Below, one piece after another: positions 48,743 to 59,104 of a DNA stretch of 64,000 nucleotides. Position numbers and translations under genes: made by a program. The stretch is from Bacteroidota bacterium. GTDB taxonomy: Bacteria; Bacteroidota; Bacteroidia; 2-12-FULL-35-15. The stretch covers positions 34,955 to 98,954 of the forward strand of contig CANJYB010000017.1 in NCBI GenBank assembly GCA_947479085.1, given 5' to 3'. The notes under the pieces were generated by a model. The model searched no databases. It was not told where the DNA came from and saw only the letters and a list, made by a program, of their open reading frames with translations. Positions within the stretch are counted from its first letter, which is position 1. Each line of letters begins with the position of its first letter.

Positions 48743-48934
48743 TTATTTATTGATAAGTTCCAGAAATGTTTTTTTATAACTTTCTGAAATAGGTATATAC
48801 ACCTCTTTTATTCTTATCCTGTCTCTTTCTACAGAATCAATTTTATTTAACGAAACCATGAACGATTTGTGAACGCGACAAATGGCATGCGATGGAATTT
48901 CCTGTTCAAAGTCCTTAAATGTTTTAAGTGTCAC
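48743..48934 (-). pseudogene. 5'-truncated LytTR response regulator fragment
   Basis: CRVHKSFMVSLNKI...IPISESYK is the LytTR C-terminus; receiver domain absent. Confidence 0.75.
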
Positions 48935-49020
48935 GTTTCCAATTTTTCTGTTCCATAGGAATTAGAGTAGAGCCAAAAAATTAAATGGTGTTGTGAGTAC
49001 TTTTATCGAAACGGATGAAG

Positions 49021-49218
49021 GGGTAACTGCATCCGGTAAGGCACCTTTCAACATTGAAAGGGGGGTAACTGAATCGAGGTAGGCACCTTTCAACATTGAA
49101 AGGAGGGTAACTCTATCCGGCTAGGCATCTTTCAACATTGAAAGGAGGGTAACTGCGTCCGGGTAGGCATCTTTCAACATTGAAAGGGGGTAACTCTATC
49201 CGGGTACGCCACCTTCAA
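49021..49218. repeat. Tandem repeat, 42-bp unit, about 4.7 copies
   Basis: GGGTAACT at 49021, 49063, 49105, 49147, 49188; internal palindrome CTTTCAA-CA-TTGAAAG. Confidence 0.95.
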
Positions 49219-49435
49219 GTTTGATTTTAAGCACTTTAGCTAATAAAAAGCCCGTGTGCCTATTTTAACGTTAACACATTAAAGTTATTTCTAAAATATT
49301 ATACAGACGAAATCAAAAAGAATAAGTGGTTCTATTCTAAATCTTTTTCTATTACACAGAAATCAGAGTAGAACCTATCAAAGAATTAATTACCTTTACG
49401 TTCCATTAAAAAAACTCTTCAGCCATTCATAGTTT

Positions 49436-49945
49436 ATGTTAAAAGTAAAAGTAAAAGTAAATAATAAGCAGGAACATACCATCGAATTTGAAAACTCATC
49501 CACCGGAAGCATTGATGGAAAAGCGTTTCAATGGGATGTAATAACGGTAAAGGATGGCAGCTTTCATATTATTAAAGACAATAAATCTTATTCCGTAGAA
49601 GTCATTAAGGCTGACGCGAAAGAGAAAAGCTTTTTGGTTTCAGTAAACGGAAACAAATACCAGTTGAATGTAAAAGATAAATTTGACGAGTTGTTACATA
49701 GTCTTGGGCTGGATGCAATGGCCTCGAAAAAAGTAAATGAAATAAAAGCTCCTATGCCGGGATTGGTTCTGGAAGTAAGAGTGGCCGAAGGAGATGCAGT
49801 AAAAAAAGGAGACCCGATATTAGTACTGGAAGCCATGAAAATGGAAAACATTATTAAATCGCCAACCGATGGAACAGTGAAAAAAATTAATGTAAAGAAA
49901 GGAGTAGCTGTGGAAAAGAACCAGGTGCTTATAAACTTTGTTTAA
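49436..49945 (+). CDS. Biotin carboxyl carrier protein
   Basis: KAPMPG...EAMKMEN. Confidence 0.92.
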   Translation: MLKVKVKVNNKQEHTIEFENSSTGSIDGKAFQWDVITVKDGSFHIIKDNKSYSVEVIKADAKEKSFLVSVNGNKYQLNVKDKFDELLHSLGLDAMASKKVNEIKAPMPGLVLEVRVAEGDAVKKGDPILVLEAMKMENIIKSPTDGTVKKINVKKGVAVEKNQVLINFV

Positions 49946-49965
49946 CGCAAATAAAAAATTACAAA

Positions 49966-50730
49966 ATGGAAAACGATAATTCACGCAGAGATTTTATTAA
50001 AAAATCGGCTGCATTGGCATTAGGAACTATAGTTGCAGGCACGGTTGCAAACAATGCATTGGCAGCAACTGATTTTATTGAAAAAGAAATGATAGTTCCT
50101 GAACCAGGAAAGTTTTCACTTCCTAAATTGCCTTATGAGTACGATGCCCTGGAACCACATATAGACAAGATGACCATGGAAATACATTATTCCAAACATC
50201 ACCAGGCGTATGTAGATAATCTGAATAAGGCTTTTGCCGCACTTGATGCTAAAACAGCAGGCACTCTTAATGATCTGGATGATATTTTTGCCAATGTAGA
50301 TAAATTACCACCTGCCATCAGGAACAATGCAGGTGGACATTATAACCATACCTTTTTCTGGAGAACAATGAAAACCCATGGTGGTGGTATACCTACCGGC
50401 AAACTGGCAGAAGCTATCAATGCTGAGTTTAATTCATTGGAAAACTTCAAGAAACTTTTTGCCGATGCCGCCATGAAACGATTTGGTTCAGGCTGGGCAT
50501 GGCTGGTAACCAATAAAGGAAAACTTTCAATAGGTTCCACCGCCAACCAGGATAACCCGTTAATGAAACTGGACAGTGTGGAAGTAAAAGGAAAACCTGT
50601 TATTGCGCTTGATGTATGGGAACATGCATATTACTTAAAAAACCAAAACCGCAGAGCCGATTACATTAATTCTTTCTGGAATGTGATAGATTGGGAAGGT
50701 GCGGGACAAATATTTGAAATGGCTAAATAA
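49966..50730 (+). CDS. sod: Fe/Mn superoxide dismutase with twin-arginine signal peptide
   Basis: SRRDFIKK; HYSKHH, GGHYNH, FGSGWAW, DVWEHAYY. Confidence 0.92.
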   Translation: MENDNSRRDFIKKSAALALGTIVAGTVANNALAATDFIEKEMIVPEPGKFSLPKLPYEYDALEPHIDKMTMEIHYSKHHQAYVDNLNKAFAALDAKTAGTLNDLDDIFANVDKLPPAIRNNAGGHYNHTFFWRTMKTHGGGIPTGKLAEAINAEFNSLENFKKLFADAAMKRFGSGWAWLVTNKGKLSIGSTANQDNPLMKLDSVEVKGKPVIALDVWEHAYYLKNQNRRADYINSFWNVIDWEGAGQIFEMAK

Positions 50731-50933
50731 TGAAAAAACTTATCCTCCTCTTCATATTCGCAACAGCTACAATGGTTTCCTGCAATAGCGAAACTAAAAA
50801 AGAAAAATCGCCTGCTGAAATAAATACCGAAGTTTATGAATGTCCCATGAAATGCAACAACGGGCAAACATACGACAAACCCGGAACATGCCCTGTATGC
50901 GGTATGGACTTAGAAAAAGTAACTAAAACCTAA
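50730..50933 (+). CDS. Heavy-metal-binding domain lipoprotein
   Basis: Lipobox MVSC; YECPMKC..YDKPGTCPVCGMDL. Confidence 0.85.
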   Translation: MKKLILLFIFATATMVSCNSETKKEKSPAEINTEVYECPMKCNNGQTYDKPGTCPVCGMDLEKVTKT

Positions 50934-50942
50934 AAAATAAAT

Positions 50943-52022
50943 ATGAAAAAAATCATTACACTATTGTCAGCAGTTTTATTTTCTGCAACCACATTTGCTC
51001 AGGCTTATGGAGCACCGGAAAGCATCGAGTTTGATTATGCACATAACCGTTGGTTGATTTCCAATCCTACTTATAGCAATATTCTTTCACGCGATAGTCA
51101 AACAGGGGTGGTTACTGTTTTTGCAACGGGGGCTAACGGACCTCAAGGACTGGAAATTGTAAACGATACATTGTATTCGTGCGAAGGAGGAAGTATTCAT
51201 TTGTATAATATCAACACCGGGGCCAGTATTGCTACCCTTGCTTTTGCCGGAGCAACTTTCCTTAACGGGATTACACATGATATTAATGGTACTCTTTATA
51301 TAACAGATTTTTCGCAAAAAAAAATACACCGCATGAATACTGCTACACGTCAGCACAATGTTTTTGTTACAGGCTTGGTTAAAAGTCCAGATGGAATTAT
51401 ATATGACCAACCGAATAACAGATGTGTGTTTGTTAATTGGGGAGCAAATGCACCTATTATGAGTGTTAATCTGTCGGATTCAACAACTGCAACCGTTTTA
51501 GCCACCACCCTTGGAAACTGCGATGGAATAACAAAAGACGGAGCAGGAAATTATTTTATTTCCTCATGGACCGGCAGTAAAGTAACTCGCTATTCAAATA
51601 CGTTTACCAACCCAACAATAGTAATCACAGGGTTAAATCAACCCGCTGATATTTTCTATAACGTGCTTACAGATACATTAGGAGTTCCAAATTCAGGATC
51701 AAACTTAAACAATACTCAATATTATTACTTCGGAACAACAATTGGCGTAAACGAAATTGCAAACAGTAATTTTAACTTAACGGTAAGTCCTAATCCTGCT
51801 GAAGAAAGAACCGAAATTAATTATGAATTAATGACAGACGGAAAGTTAAGTATTCAGTTATTTAACATAGAAGGACAATTGGTAAAAACCATAGTTGATG
51901 AAAACCAAACAAAAGGAAAGCATACTGTTCTACTTGATAAAACGGGTATTGCATCAGGCAACTATCTTTTAAAATTAAATAGTAATAATTCTATTGAAAC
52001 AAAAAAAGTAATTATAAAGTAA
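50943..52022 (+). CDS. T9SS-sorted SMP-30/gluconolactonase-like beta-propeller
   Basis: PESI, FLNGI, LYITD, PDGI, CDGI; SPNP..SGNYLL CTD. Confidence 0.8.
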   Translation: MKKIITLLSAVLFSATTFAQAYGAPESIEFDYAHNRWLISNPTYSNILSRDSQTGVVTVFATGANGPQGLEIVNDTLYSCEGGSIHLYNINTGASIATLAFAGATFLNGITHDINGTLYITDFSQKKIHRMNTATRQHNVFVTGLVKSPDGIIYDQPNNRCVFVNWGANAPIMSVNLSDSTTATVLATTLGNCDGITKDGAGNYFISSWTGSKVTRYSNTFTNPTIVITGLNQPADIFYNVLTDTLGVPNSGSNLNNTQYYYFGTTIGVNEIANSNFNLTVSPNPAEERTEINYELMTDGKLSIQLFNIEGQLVKTIVDENQTKGKHTVLLDKTGIASGNYLLKLNSNNSIETKKVIIK

Positions 52023-52068
52023 CAAACTAAGAACTACAAACAACAAACTATAAACTATAAACTAAAAA

Positions 52069-53625
52069 ATGTCAGAAACATTAACAGCAAATACTTTTGG
52101 AATAGAAGAAGTATTAAAACAATTAGGAATAAAACAAAATAATTACGGTGCTTCTACCGGAACAAAACATTTAACTACTACAGGTGTAAAGATTGATTCT
52201 TATTCACCGGTTGATGGCAATTTAATAGGTAGTATCAATACAGCCTCTGCAGCAGAATACGAGCAGGTAATGAAAACAGCAGAAGAAGCTTTTAAAGTAT
52301 GGAGACTGATGCCAGCTCCCAAAAGAGGAGAAATAGTGCGCCAGATAGGAGATAGATTAAGAGAATACAAAGAACCTCTTGGGAAATTGGTTTCTTATGA
52401 AATGGGAAAATCCTTACAGGAAGGTTTAGGTGAAGTACAGGAAATGATTGATATCTGCGATTTTGCAGTAGGCTTATCCCGCCAGTTATATGGTTTAACC
52501 ATGCACAGCGAAAGACCAATGCACAGAATGTATGAACAATGGCATCCGTTGGGAATTGTTGGAATCATTTCCGCATTTAATTTCCCTGTAGCGGTATGGA
52601 GCTGGAATGCTGCATTGGCTTGGGTATGTGGTGATGTATGTGTTTGGAAACCGAGTTCAAAAACCGCATTATGTGCCATTGCCTGCCAGAATATTATTGG
52701 AGATGTATTAAAGAAAAACAATGTTCCGGAAGGAGTAAGTTGTGTATTGGTAGGTAATCCGGTTGGAGATTTTATGAATAACGACAAGCGTGTACCTATG
52801 ATTTCTTTTACCGGTTCAACAAGAATCGGAAAGATAGTAGCTGCTGCCACGTCACAACGTTTTGGAAGAAGTATTTTGGAATTAGGTGGTAATAATGCCA
52901 TCATTGTTTCCGAACATGCCGATTTAAGTATGGTATTGGTAGGAGCTGTTTTTGGTGCGGTAGGTACTGCAGGACAAAGATGTACCACAACCAGAAGATT
53001 AATCATCCATGAAAGCATTTATGATAAAACAATTGATGTGTTGAAAAAAGCCTATGGACAATTAAAGATTGGAAATCCTCTTGATTCAAACAATCACGTT
53101 GGACCATTGATTGATAAAAAAGCAACAGAAGATTATCTGAACGCTATCAATAAGGCAAAAGCAGAAGGTGGAAAAGTGATTGTTGATGGTGGAGTGGTTG
53201 AAGGTGAAGGTTATGAAAGTGGTTGTTATGTTAAGCCTTGCATTATTGAAGCGAAGAATGAATACCACATAGTGCAGGAAGAAACCTTTGCACCTATATT
53301 ATATGTAATGAAATACAAAACAATAGAAGAAGCCATTGAAATGCAAAATGGAGTTCCGCAAGGGTTATCTTCTTCTATCTTTACCAACAACATGCGCGAA
53401 ATGGAACTATTCCTTTCTCAGGCAGGTTCTGATTGTGGAATTGCCAATGTAAACATTGGAACATCCGGAGCAGAAATAGGCGGAGCATTTGGAGGAGAAA
53501 AAGAAACAGGTGGCGGCCGTGAATCGGGTTCTGATGCATGGAAGGCTTACATGAGAAGACAGACAAATACTATTAACTATGGAACGCAGTTGCCATTAGC
53601 ACAGGGAATCAATTTTCATATATAA
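52069..53625 (+). CDS. ALDH7-type (aminoadipate semialdehyde / P6C) dehydrogenase
   Basis: ISAFNFP, LELGGNNA, GTAGQRCT, SGAEIGGAFGGEKETGGGRESGSD. Confidence 0.9.
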   Translation: MSETLTANTFGIEEVLKQLGIKQNNYGASTGTKHLTTTGVKIDSYSPVDGNLIGSINTASAAEYEQVMKTAEEAFKVWRLMPAPKRGEIVRQIGDRLREYKEPLGKLVSYEMGKSLQEGLGEVQEMIDICDFAVGLSRQLYGLTMHSERPMHRMYEQWHPLGIVGIISAFNFPVAVWSWNAALAWVCGDVCVWKPSSKTALCAIACQNIIGDVLKKNNVPEGVSCVLVGNPVGDFMNNDKRVPMISFTGSTRIGKIVAAATSQRFGRSILELGGNNAIIVSEHADLSMVLVGAVFGAVGTAGQRCTTTRRLIIHESIYDKTIDVLKKAYGQLKIGNPLDSNNHVGPLIDKKATEDYLNAINKAKAEGGKVIVDGGVVEGEGYESGCYVKPCIIEAKNEYHIVQEETFAPILYVMKYKTIEEAIEMQNGVPQGLSSSIFTNNMREMELFLSQAGSDCGIANVNIGTSGAEIGGAFGGEKETGGGRESGSDAWKAYMRRQTNTINYGTQLPLAQGINFHI

Positions 53626-53628
53626 TAT

Positions 53629-53661
53629 CACCCCTCTCCAACTCTCCCCAAAGGGGAGAGA
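53629..53661. repeat. REP-like palindrome, family B
   Basis: CACCCCTCTCCAACTCTCCCC-AAA-GGGGAGAG. Confidence 0.6.
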
Positions 53662-53676
53662 ACGTTATACTTAAAA

Positions 53677-54936
53677 ATGAAACCTAACAATACTATTTAT
53701 AAAAGCGGAGCAATATTAATTGCTTCGCTTTTGCTTTTTAATTATGCCATTGCTCAAAATAAATTAAGAATTGGTAGTTGGAGGGGTGTGCTTAAACTAA
53801 ACGATTCTACTGATTTGCCTTTTAATTTTGAAGTGAAATATGATTTGGAAATATTTTCTGTGGCATTTACCAATGCAGAAGAGCGTATTGTGGCAAATGA
53901 AATTGCAATAACAGGTGACTCTGTTTTTATAAGAATGCCTTTTTTTGATTCTGAATTCAAACTCAAGAGTTTCGGTGATTCATTAAAAGGTGTTTGGATT
54001 AATCATGCCAGAAAGGAAAAGAATATTCTTGCATTTAAAGCCTATTATGGGACCAAAGAAAGATTTGAAATAAAAGCCTGGACTAATGCAGAACCTTTAG
54101 TAACTGGAAAGTGGGAGGTAGAGTTTGAACCGGGAACTGCTGACAGTTATAAATCAATCGGAGAGTTTAAACAACTGAACGTAACCAAAGGAAGTAAACT
54201 TACCGGAACTTTTTTAACCGAAACAGGTGACTACAGGTACCTGGAAGGGGTCATGGCTAATTACGATTTTTATCTTTCCTGCTTTGATGGAGCGCATGCC
54301 TTTTTATTCAAAGCCAAACTTGACAAAAACAAAGACATTCTCAAAGGTGATTTTTATTCCGGGGCTCATGGTCATGAAACATGGATTGCCAAACGGAATG
54401 AGAAATTTGAATTGCGTAATCCTGATTCGCTTACTTATTTAAAACCTGGTTATAAAAAGATAGATTTTAGTTTTAAAAACCTTGAAGGGAAACAGATCTC
54501 TTTATCAGATGAAAAGTATAAAAACAAAGAAGTTATTATTCAGTTGATGGGAACCTGGTGCCCCAACTGTATGGATGAAACTAAATTTCTTGCTCCGTTT
54601 TATGATAAATATAAATCAAAAGGACTGGAAATAATAGGGCTGGCCTTTGAGCGAACGGATGATTTTAATAAAGCAGTGAGCAATATAAACAGGTTAAAAT
54701 CAAGGTTCAATGCTAACTACGATTTCCTGATTACTATGAAAACAGGTTCTCAGCAGGCATCGGAAGCATTGCCCATGCTGAATAAAGTGATGGCATTTCC
54801 CACTACTATTTATATTGACAAGAAAGGAAATGTGAGAAAAATATATACGGGCTATTACGGACCGGCAACAGGAGAGAGCTACATTAAACAGGAAGAAGAA
54901 ACGAAACGATTTGTGGAGAAACTGCTTTCAGAGTAA
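53677..54936 (+). CDS. TlpA-family thiol-disulfide oxidoreductase with N-terminal extension
   Basis: GTWCPNCMDE; AFPTT. Confidence 0.88.
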   Translation: MKPNNTIYKSGAILIASLLLFNYAIAQNKLRIGSWRGVLKLNDSTDLPFNFEVKYDLEIFSVAFTNAEERIVANEIAITGDSVFIRMPFFDSEFKLKSFGDSLKGVWINHARKEKNILAFKAYYGTKERFEIKAWTNAEPLVTGKWEVEFEPGTADSYKSIGEFKQLNVTKGSKLTGTFLTETGDYRYLEGVMANYDFYLSCFDGAHAFLFKAKLDKNKDILKGDFYSGAHGHETWIAKRNEKFELRNPDSLTYLKPGYKKIDFSFKNLEGKQISLSDEKYKNKEVIIQLMGTWCPNCMDETKFLAPFYDKYKSKGLEIIGLAFERTDDFNKAVSNINRLKSRFNANYDFLITMKTGSQQASEALPMLNKVMAFPTTIYIDKKGNVRKIYTGYYGPATGESYIKQEEETKRFVEKLLSE

Positions 54937-54940
54937 AGCT

Positions 54941-55663
54941 TTATAACCCAAGGCTAAGGCAGGCTTCTTCAGCAGCCAATTGTTCGGCTCGCTTTTTTGA
55001 AAAATGCTGGGCGGTGCCCAATACTTTGTCTTCCACCATCAGTTTCAGAAGAAATTGTTTATCACCTGAGGTATTACCATCCTTAACGGTTTCGAACCTG
55101 AACTCCTTTCTTTCCTTTTGGGCCCATTCAATAAACTTGCTTTTGAAATCCACTTCCTTGGTTTCCACCTCGTCCATATCAATGTGGACATTGATAATTC
55201 GGGTCAATAAAAAAGTTTGAGCAAATTCAAATCCCTTATCCAGGTAAATGGCCCCTATTAATGCTTCGTAAGCATCTCCGTTAATAGAACTTGGATGGGA
55301 GTTCCGGTCGTTATTGGCTTCAATCAGTTTATTCAAACCCAGTTTTAAAGCAATCTGGTTATGCTGATTACGGCTCACCATCTTGGAACGCATCTTGGTT
55401 AAAAAGCCTTCGTCTTTAAAAGGAAACTTTTTAAACAAATAATCGGCTACCACTGTACCAATAACAGAATCACCTAAAAATTCCAAGCGTTCGTTACTGT
55501 CTTTTATTCCGTCTTTAATAAGAGTGGCGACTGAACTATGTCGGAAAGCAGACTTGTATAAAGATATATTACTTGGATAAAATCCTAAAATGTTTCTAAG
55601 AGATTCGTGTAAGCTTTTATCTGGGGAAAAATGGACTCTTAAGGGTTTTCTGAAGATAGTCAA
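54941..55663 (-). CDS. rnc: Ribonuclease III
   Basis: NERLEFLGD, DAYEALIGAIYLD, dsRBD. Confidence 0.95.
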   Translation of the reverse strand: MTIFRKPLRVHFSPDKSLHESLRNILGFYPSNISLYKSAFRHSSVATLIKDGIKDSNERLEFLGDSVIGTVVADYLFKKFPFKDEGFLTKMRSKMVSRNQHNQIALKLGLNKLIEANNDRNSHPSSINGDAYEALIGAIYLDKGFEFAQTFLLTRIINVHIDMDEVETKEVDFKSKFIEWAQKERKEFRFETVKDGNTSGDKQFLLKLMVEDKVLGTAQHFSKKRAEQLAAEEACLSLGL

Positions 55664-55672
55664 GCAGAAAAA

Positions 55673-56929
55673 TTAAGCTACGTATTTTTTTACAATTACC
55701 GAAGCATTGTGTCCGCCAAAACCAAAGGTATTGCTAAGGGCGGCACGTACGATGCGCTTTTGAGCAACACCGAATGTAAAATTCAATTTATTATCTAACG
55801 CAGGGTCGTCAGTAAAATGATTGATAGTTGGGGGAACGATATCATTTTTTACAGCAAGAATAGCGGCCATTGCCTCTATTGCTCCTGCAGCACCTAATAA
55901 GTGACCTGTCATTGATTTGGTGGAACTGATATTTAACTTATAAGCGCTTTCACCAAACACGCTTAAAATAGCTTTTGATTCTGCCACATCTCCTAACGGG
56001 GTAGATGTTCCATGAACATTAACATAATCAATGTCTTCCGGGTTCATTTCTGCATCCTGCAAAGCAATACGCATTACATTTCTTGCACCTAATCCTTCCG
56101 GATGTGGAGCTGTAATGTGATTGGCATCAGCCGTCATTCCTCCTCCCACTACTTCCGCATAAATTTTTGCACCACGCTTTAAAGCATGTTCCAAATCTTC
56201 CAGTATTAAAGCTCCTGCACCTTCTCCTAATACAAAACCATCTCTGTCCAAATCAAACGGACGGGAAGCTGTTGAAGGAGAATCGTTGCGGGTGGAAAGT
56301 GCATGCATGGCATTAAAACCACCAACACCTGCTTCGCATACTGCAGCCTCAGAACCTCCTGTAACCATAATATCAGCCTTACCTAATTTAATATAAGTAG
56401 CAGCATCTATCATGGAATTGGTGGAAGAAGCACAAGCTGAAACGGTTGTAAAGTTAGGACCTCTCATTCCGAATCGGATAGAAATATGTCCTGAACAAAT
56501 ATCAGCAATCATTTTGGGAATAAAGAAAGGGTTGAAACGCGGAGTTCCATCGCCTTTGGCAAAATTAAAACATTCGTCCTGAAAAGTTTGTAAACCACCT
56601 ATTCCGGAACCCCAGATAACTCCTGCCCTGTCCGGGTCAAAAGCATTTTCGCCATCTAAACCGGCATCTTTAACTGCCTGGATAGCCGCAACCAAACCAT
56701 ATTGAGAAAACGGGTCGAGTTTGCGGGCTTCTTTGCGGTCGAGGTAATCTTCGGGATTAAACCCTTTTACTTCGCATGCAAACTGGGTTTTGAACTTAGA
56801 AGCATCAAAACGAGTAATAGGCGCAGCTCCGCTTACGCCATTGATAAGATTGTTCCAATAATCGGAAACAGTATTACCAAGAGGGGTGATTGCACCCAAA
56901 CCTGTAACTACTACTCGTCTTAACTTCAT
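55673..56929 (-). CDS. fabF: Beta-ketoacyl-ACP synthase II
   Basis: SACASS, HGTST, GHLLGAAG, NTFGFGG. Confidence 0.95.
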   Translation of the reverse strand: MKLRRVVVTGLGAITPLGNTVSDYWNNLINGVSGAAPITRFDASKFKTQFACEVKGFNPEDYLDRKEARKLDPFSQYGLVAAIQAVKDAGLDGENAFDPDRAGVIWGSGIGGLQTFQDECFNFAKGDGTPRFNPFFIPKMIADICSGHISIRFGMRGPNFTTVSACASSTNSMIDAATYIKLGKADIMVTGGSEAAVCEAGVGGFNAMHALSTRNDSPSTASRPFDLDRDGFVLGEGAGALILEDLEHALKRGAKIYAEVVGGGMTADANHITAPHPEGLGARNVMRIALQDAEMNPEDIDYVNVHGTSTPLGDVAESKAILSVFGESAYKLNISSTKSMTGHLLGAAGAIEAMAAILAVKNDIVPPTINHFTDDPALDNKLNFTFGVAQKRIVRAALSNTFGFGGHNASVIVKKYVA

Positions 56930-56947
56930 TAAATAAATCTTTTGGAA

Positions 56948-57184
56948 TTATTTTGCGTTTGCTTCAATGTAGGTAATTGCATCTCCAACAGTACCAATCT
57001 TTTCAGCCTGATCGTCCGGAATAGCAATATTAAATTCTTTTTCAAACTCCATTATCAACTCTACAGTATCCAATGAGTCTGCACCTAAATCATTCGTAAA
57101 GCTCGCTGTAGGTGTTACTTCTTTTTCGTCAACTCCTAATTTATCAACGATAATAGCTTTTACTTTTGTTGCAATGTCTGACAT
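56948..57184 (-). CDS. acpP: Acyl carrier protein
   Basis: [12 protein letters not shown]. Confidence 0.97.
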   Translation of the reverse strand: MSDIATKVKAIIVDKLGVDEKEVTPTASFTNDLGADSLDTVELIMEFEKEFNIAIPDDQAEKIGTVGDAITYIEANAK

Positions 57185-57384
57185 TTTTAAAATGTTTAAA
57201 GGTTAATTTGGGTGCAAAGATAGACTTATGTGTATAAATACAAAAAAAATAATGACTTTATTCATCGAAATGTTAATTTTTAAAGAAGTATTTTAAAGAA
57301 AAATCAACATTTCAAGCCCAAGCAAGGGGTATATTATTATTTATTAAATGTAGGGTTTTGCCATTTAAAAACTAATTTTGCCCC

Positions 57385-57960
57385 ATGATTATGAAAAATA
57401 TTGCCATTTTTGCTTCGGGCGAAGGAACAAACGCCCAGCAAATTATTGATTATTTTAAAGACAATAAATCTATAAGGATAGCCCTGGTTGTTTCCAATAA
57501 AATTACTGCCAATGTGTTGAACCGGGCAAAAGCATCTGGTATTCCTACTCTGGTTATAAATAAAGTAGATTTTTACATTAACAATAAGACGGTAGAAGAC
57601 CTGCAGAAATTCAATATCGACTTAATAGTGCTTGCCGGGTTTTTATGGATGATACCCGAAAGTTTGATAAAGGCCTTTCCAGGTAAAATCATCAATATTC
57701 ACCCTGCCCTATTGCCAAAATTCGGGGGAAAGGGGATGTATGGAATAAATGTTCATAAAGCAGTAATTGAAGCAAAAGAAAAAGAAAGTGGTATTTCTAT
57801 TCATTATGTAAATGATAAATATGATGAAGGAGAAATTATATCGCAACATGGTTGTGAGGTTTCAGAAAATGAAACTCCTGAATCTTTGGCATTAAAGATT
57901 CAACAATTAGAACATACCAATTATCCAAAGGTGATTGAAAATTTAATTAATAACAACTAA
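57385..57960 (+). CDS. purN: Phosphoribosylglycinamide formyltransferase
   Basis: FASGEGTN, INIHPALLP, YDEG. Confidence 0.93.
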   Translation: MIMKNIAIFASGEGTNAQQIIDYFKDNKSIRIALVVSNKITANVLNRAKASGIPTLVINKVDFYINNKTVEDLQKFNIDLIVLAGFLWMIPESLIKAFPGKIINIHPALLPKFGGKGMYGINVHKAVIEAKEKESGISIHYVNDKYDEGEIISQHGCEVSENETPESLALKIQQLEHTNYPKVIENLINNN

Positions 57961-57973
57961 TACTACTTTCAAA

Positions 57974-58534
57974 ATGGACTTTAAACAAATTTTAACCATC
58001 ACCATGATTCTTTTCGCTGTAATAGATGTCATAGGTTCTCTCCCTGTTTTGCTTGATTTGCAAAGCAAACATGGAAAAATACAGGCAGAAAAGGCTACTC
58101 TTGTTTCCGGGGTTATAATGATACTCTTCATGTTTCTGGGCGAACAAATATTAGCAATCATTGGGATTGACGTAAGTTCGTTTGCCATTGCAGGTTCGTT
58201 CATCATTTTCTTTCTTGCATTGGAAATGATTTTGGGTGTTAAGTTTTATAAAGATGATTCGGCAGCCACAGCTTCCATCGTTCCTATTGCATTTCCGCTA
58301 ATAGCCGGAACAGGTACGCTTACCACCCTTCTTTCCATCCGGGCGGAGTATAAGGCGAGCGATATTATTATTGCTATTCTTATTAACCTGGTTTTTGTTT
58401 ACATGGTGCTTAGAAATACCTTTCGCCTCGAAAAAATACTGGGAGTAGGTGGTATTAATATTATCCGAAAAGTATTCGGGGTTATTTTGTTGGCAATAGC
58501 AGTTAAATTATTCAGAACTCATGCGGGTGTTTAA
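57974..58534 (+). CDS. MarC family membrane protein
   Basis: IVPIAFPLIAG; multiple TM segments. Confidence 0.88.
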   Translation: MDFKQILTITMILFAVIDVIGSLPVLLDLQSKHGKIQAEKATLVSGVIMILFMFLGEQILAIIGIDVSSFAIAGSFIIFFLALEMILGVKFYKDDSAATASIVPIAFPLIAGTGTLTTLLSIRAEYKASDIIIAILINLVFVYMVLRNTFRLEKILGVGGINIIRKVFGVILLAIAVKLFRTHAGV

Positions 58535-58540
58535 GAAATT

Positions 58541-59017
58541 ATGATAAGTGTATATACAGACGGTGCATCAAGAGGAAATCCCGGACCGGGTGGTTACGGG
58601 GTGGTAATGCTTTACGGTCCGCTTCGAAAAGAAATTTCGGAAGGTTTCCGCATCACTACCAACAACCGGATGGAGCTGTTAAGTGTGATAGTAGCACTGG
58701 AAGCTTTAAAAAAAGAAGGAACCCCGGTTACCATATATTCCGATTCCAAATATGTAGTGGATTCGGTGGAAAAAAAATGGGTATTCGGTTGGGAGAAAAA
58801 ACACTTTAAAGATAAAAAGAACGAGGATTTATGGATTCGCTTTTTGCGTTCGTACCGCAAACATGATGTAAAATTTGTTTGGGTAAAAGGACATGCTTCC
58901 AACAAAGAAAATAACCGCTGCGATGAACTGGCAGTGGCAGCTGCCTTGGGGAAACATTTAAAATCCGACCATTGGTTTGAGGAAGAAAGAAAAAAAGAAA
59001 ACGGGGGGATGTTTTGA
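58541..59017 (+). CDS. rnhA: Ribonuclease HI
   Basis: YTDGASRGNPGPGG, TNNRMEL, WVKGH, NNRCDELA. Confidence 0.95.
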   Translation: MISVYTDGASRGNPGPGGYGVVMLYGPLRKEISEGFRITTNNRMELLSVIVALEALKKEGTPVTIYSDSKYVVDSVEKKWVFGWEKKHFKDKKNEDLWIRFLRSYRKHDVKFVWVKGHASNKENNRCDELAVAAALGKHLKSDHWFEEERKKENGGMF

Positions 59018-59104
59018 TTTTCGCGCTTTTGGGTGAGTGTATTCCCTCAATCCGTAAAGGTTAATATACGGAAAAATGGTTGTAATTCCTGTTCTCCAGT
59101 TACT

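Noticed and set aside
49021..49218. CRISPR or TIGR-like array (palindromic repeat ending ATTGAAAG)
   Set aside because: The variable parts are only about 10 nt and are variants of one consensus, not independent spacers; no cas or Nop-domain gene nearby.
52395..53018. 207-aa antisense ORF and similar shadows in aconitase, ankyrin and other genes
   Set aside because: They lie fully opposite well-supported genes and have no motifs.
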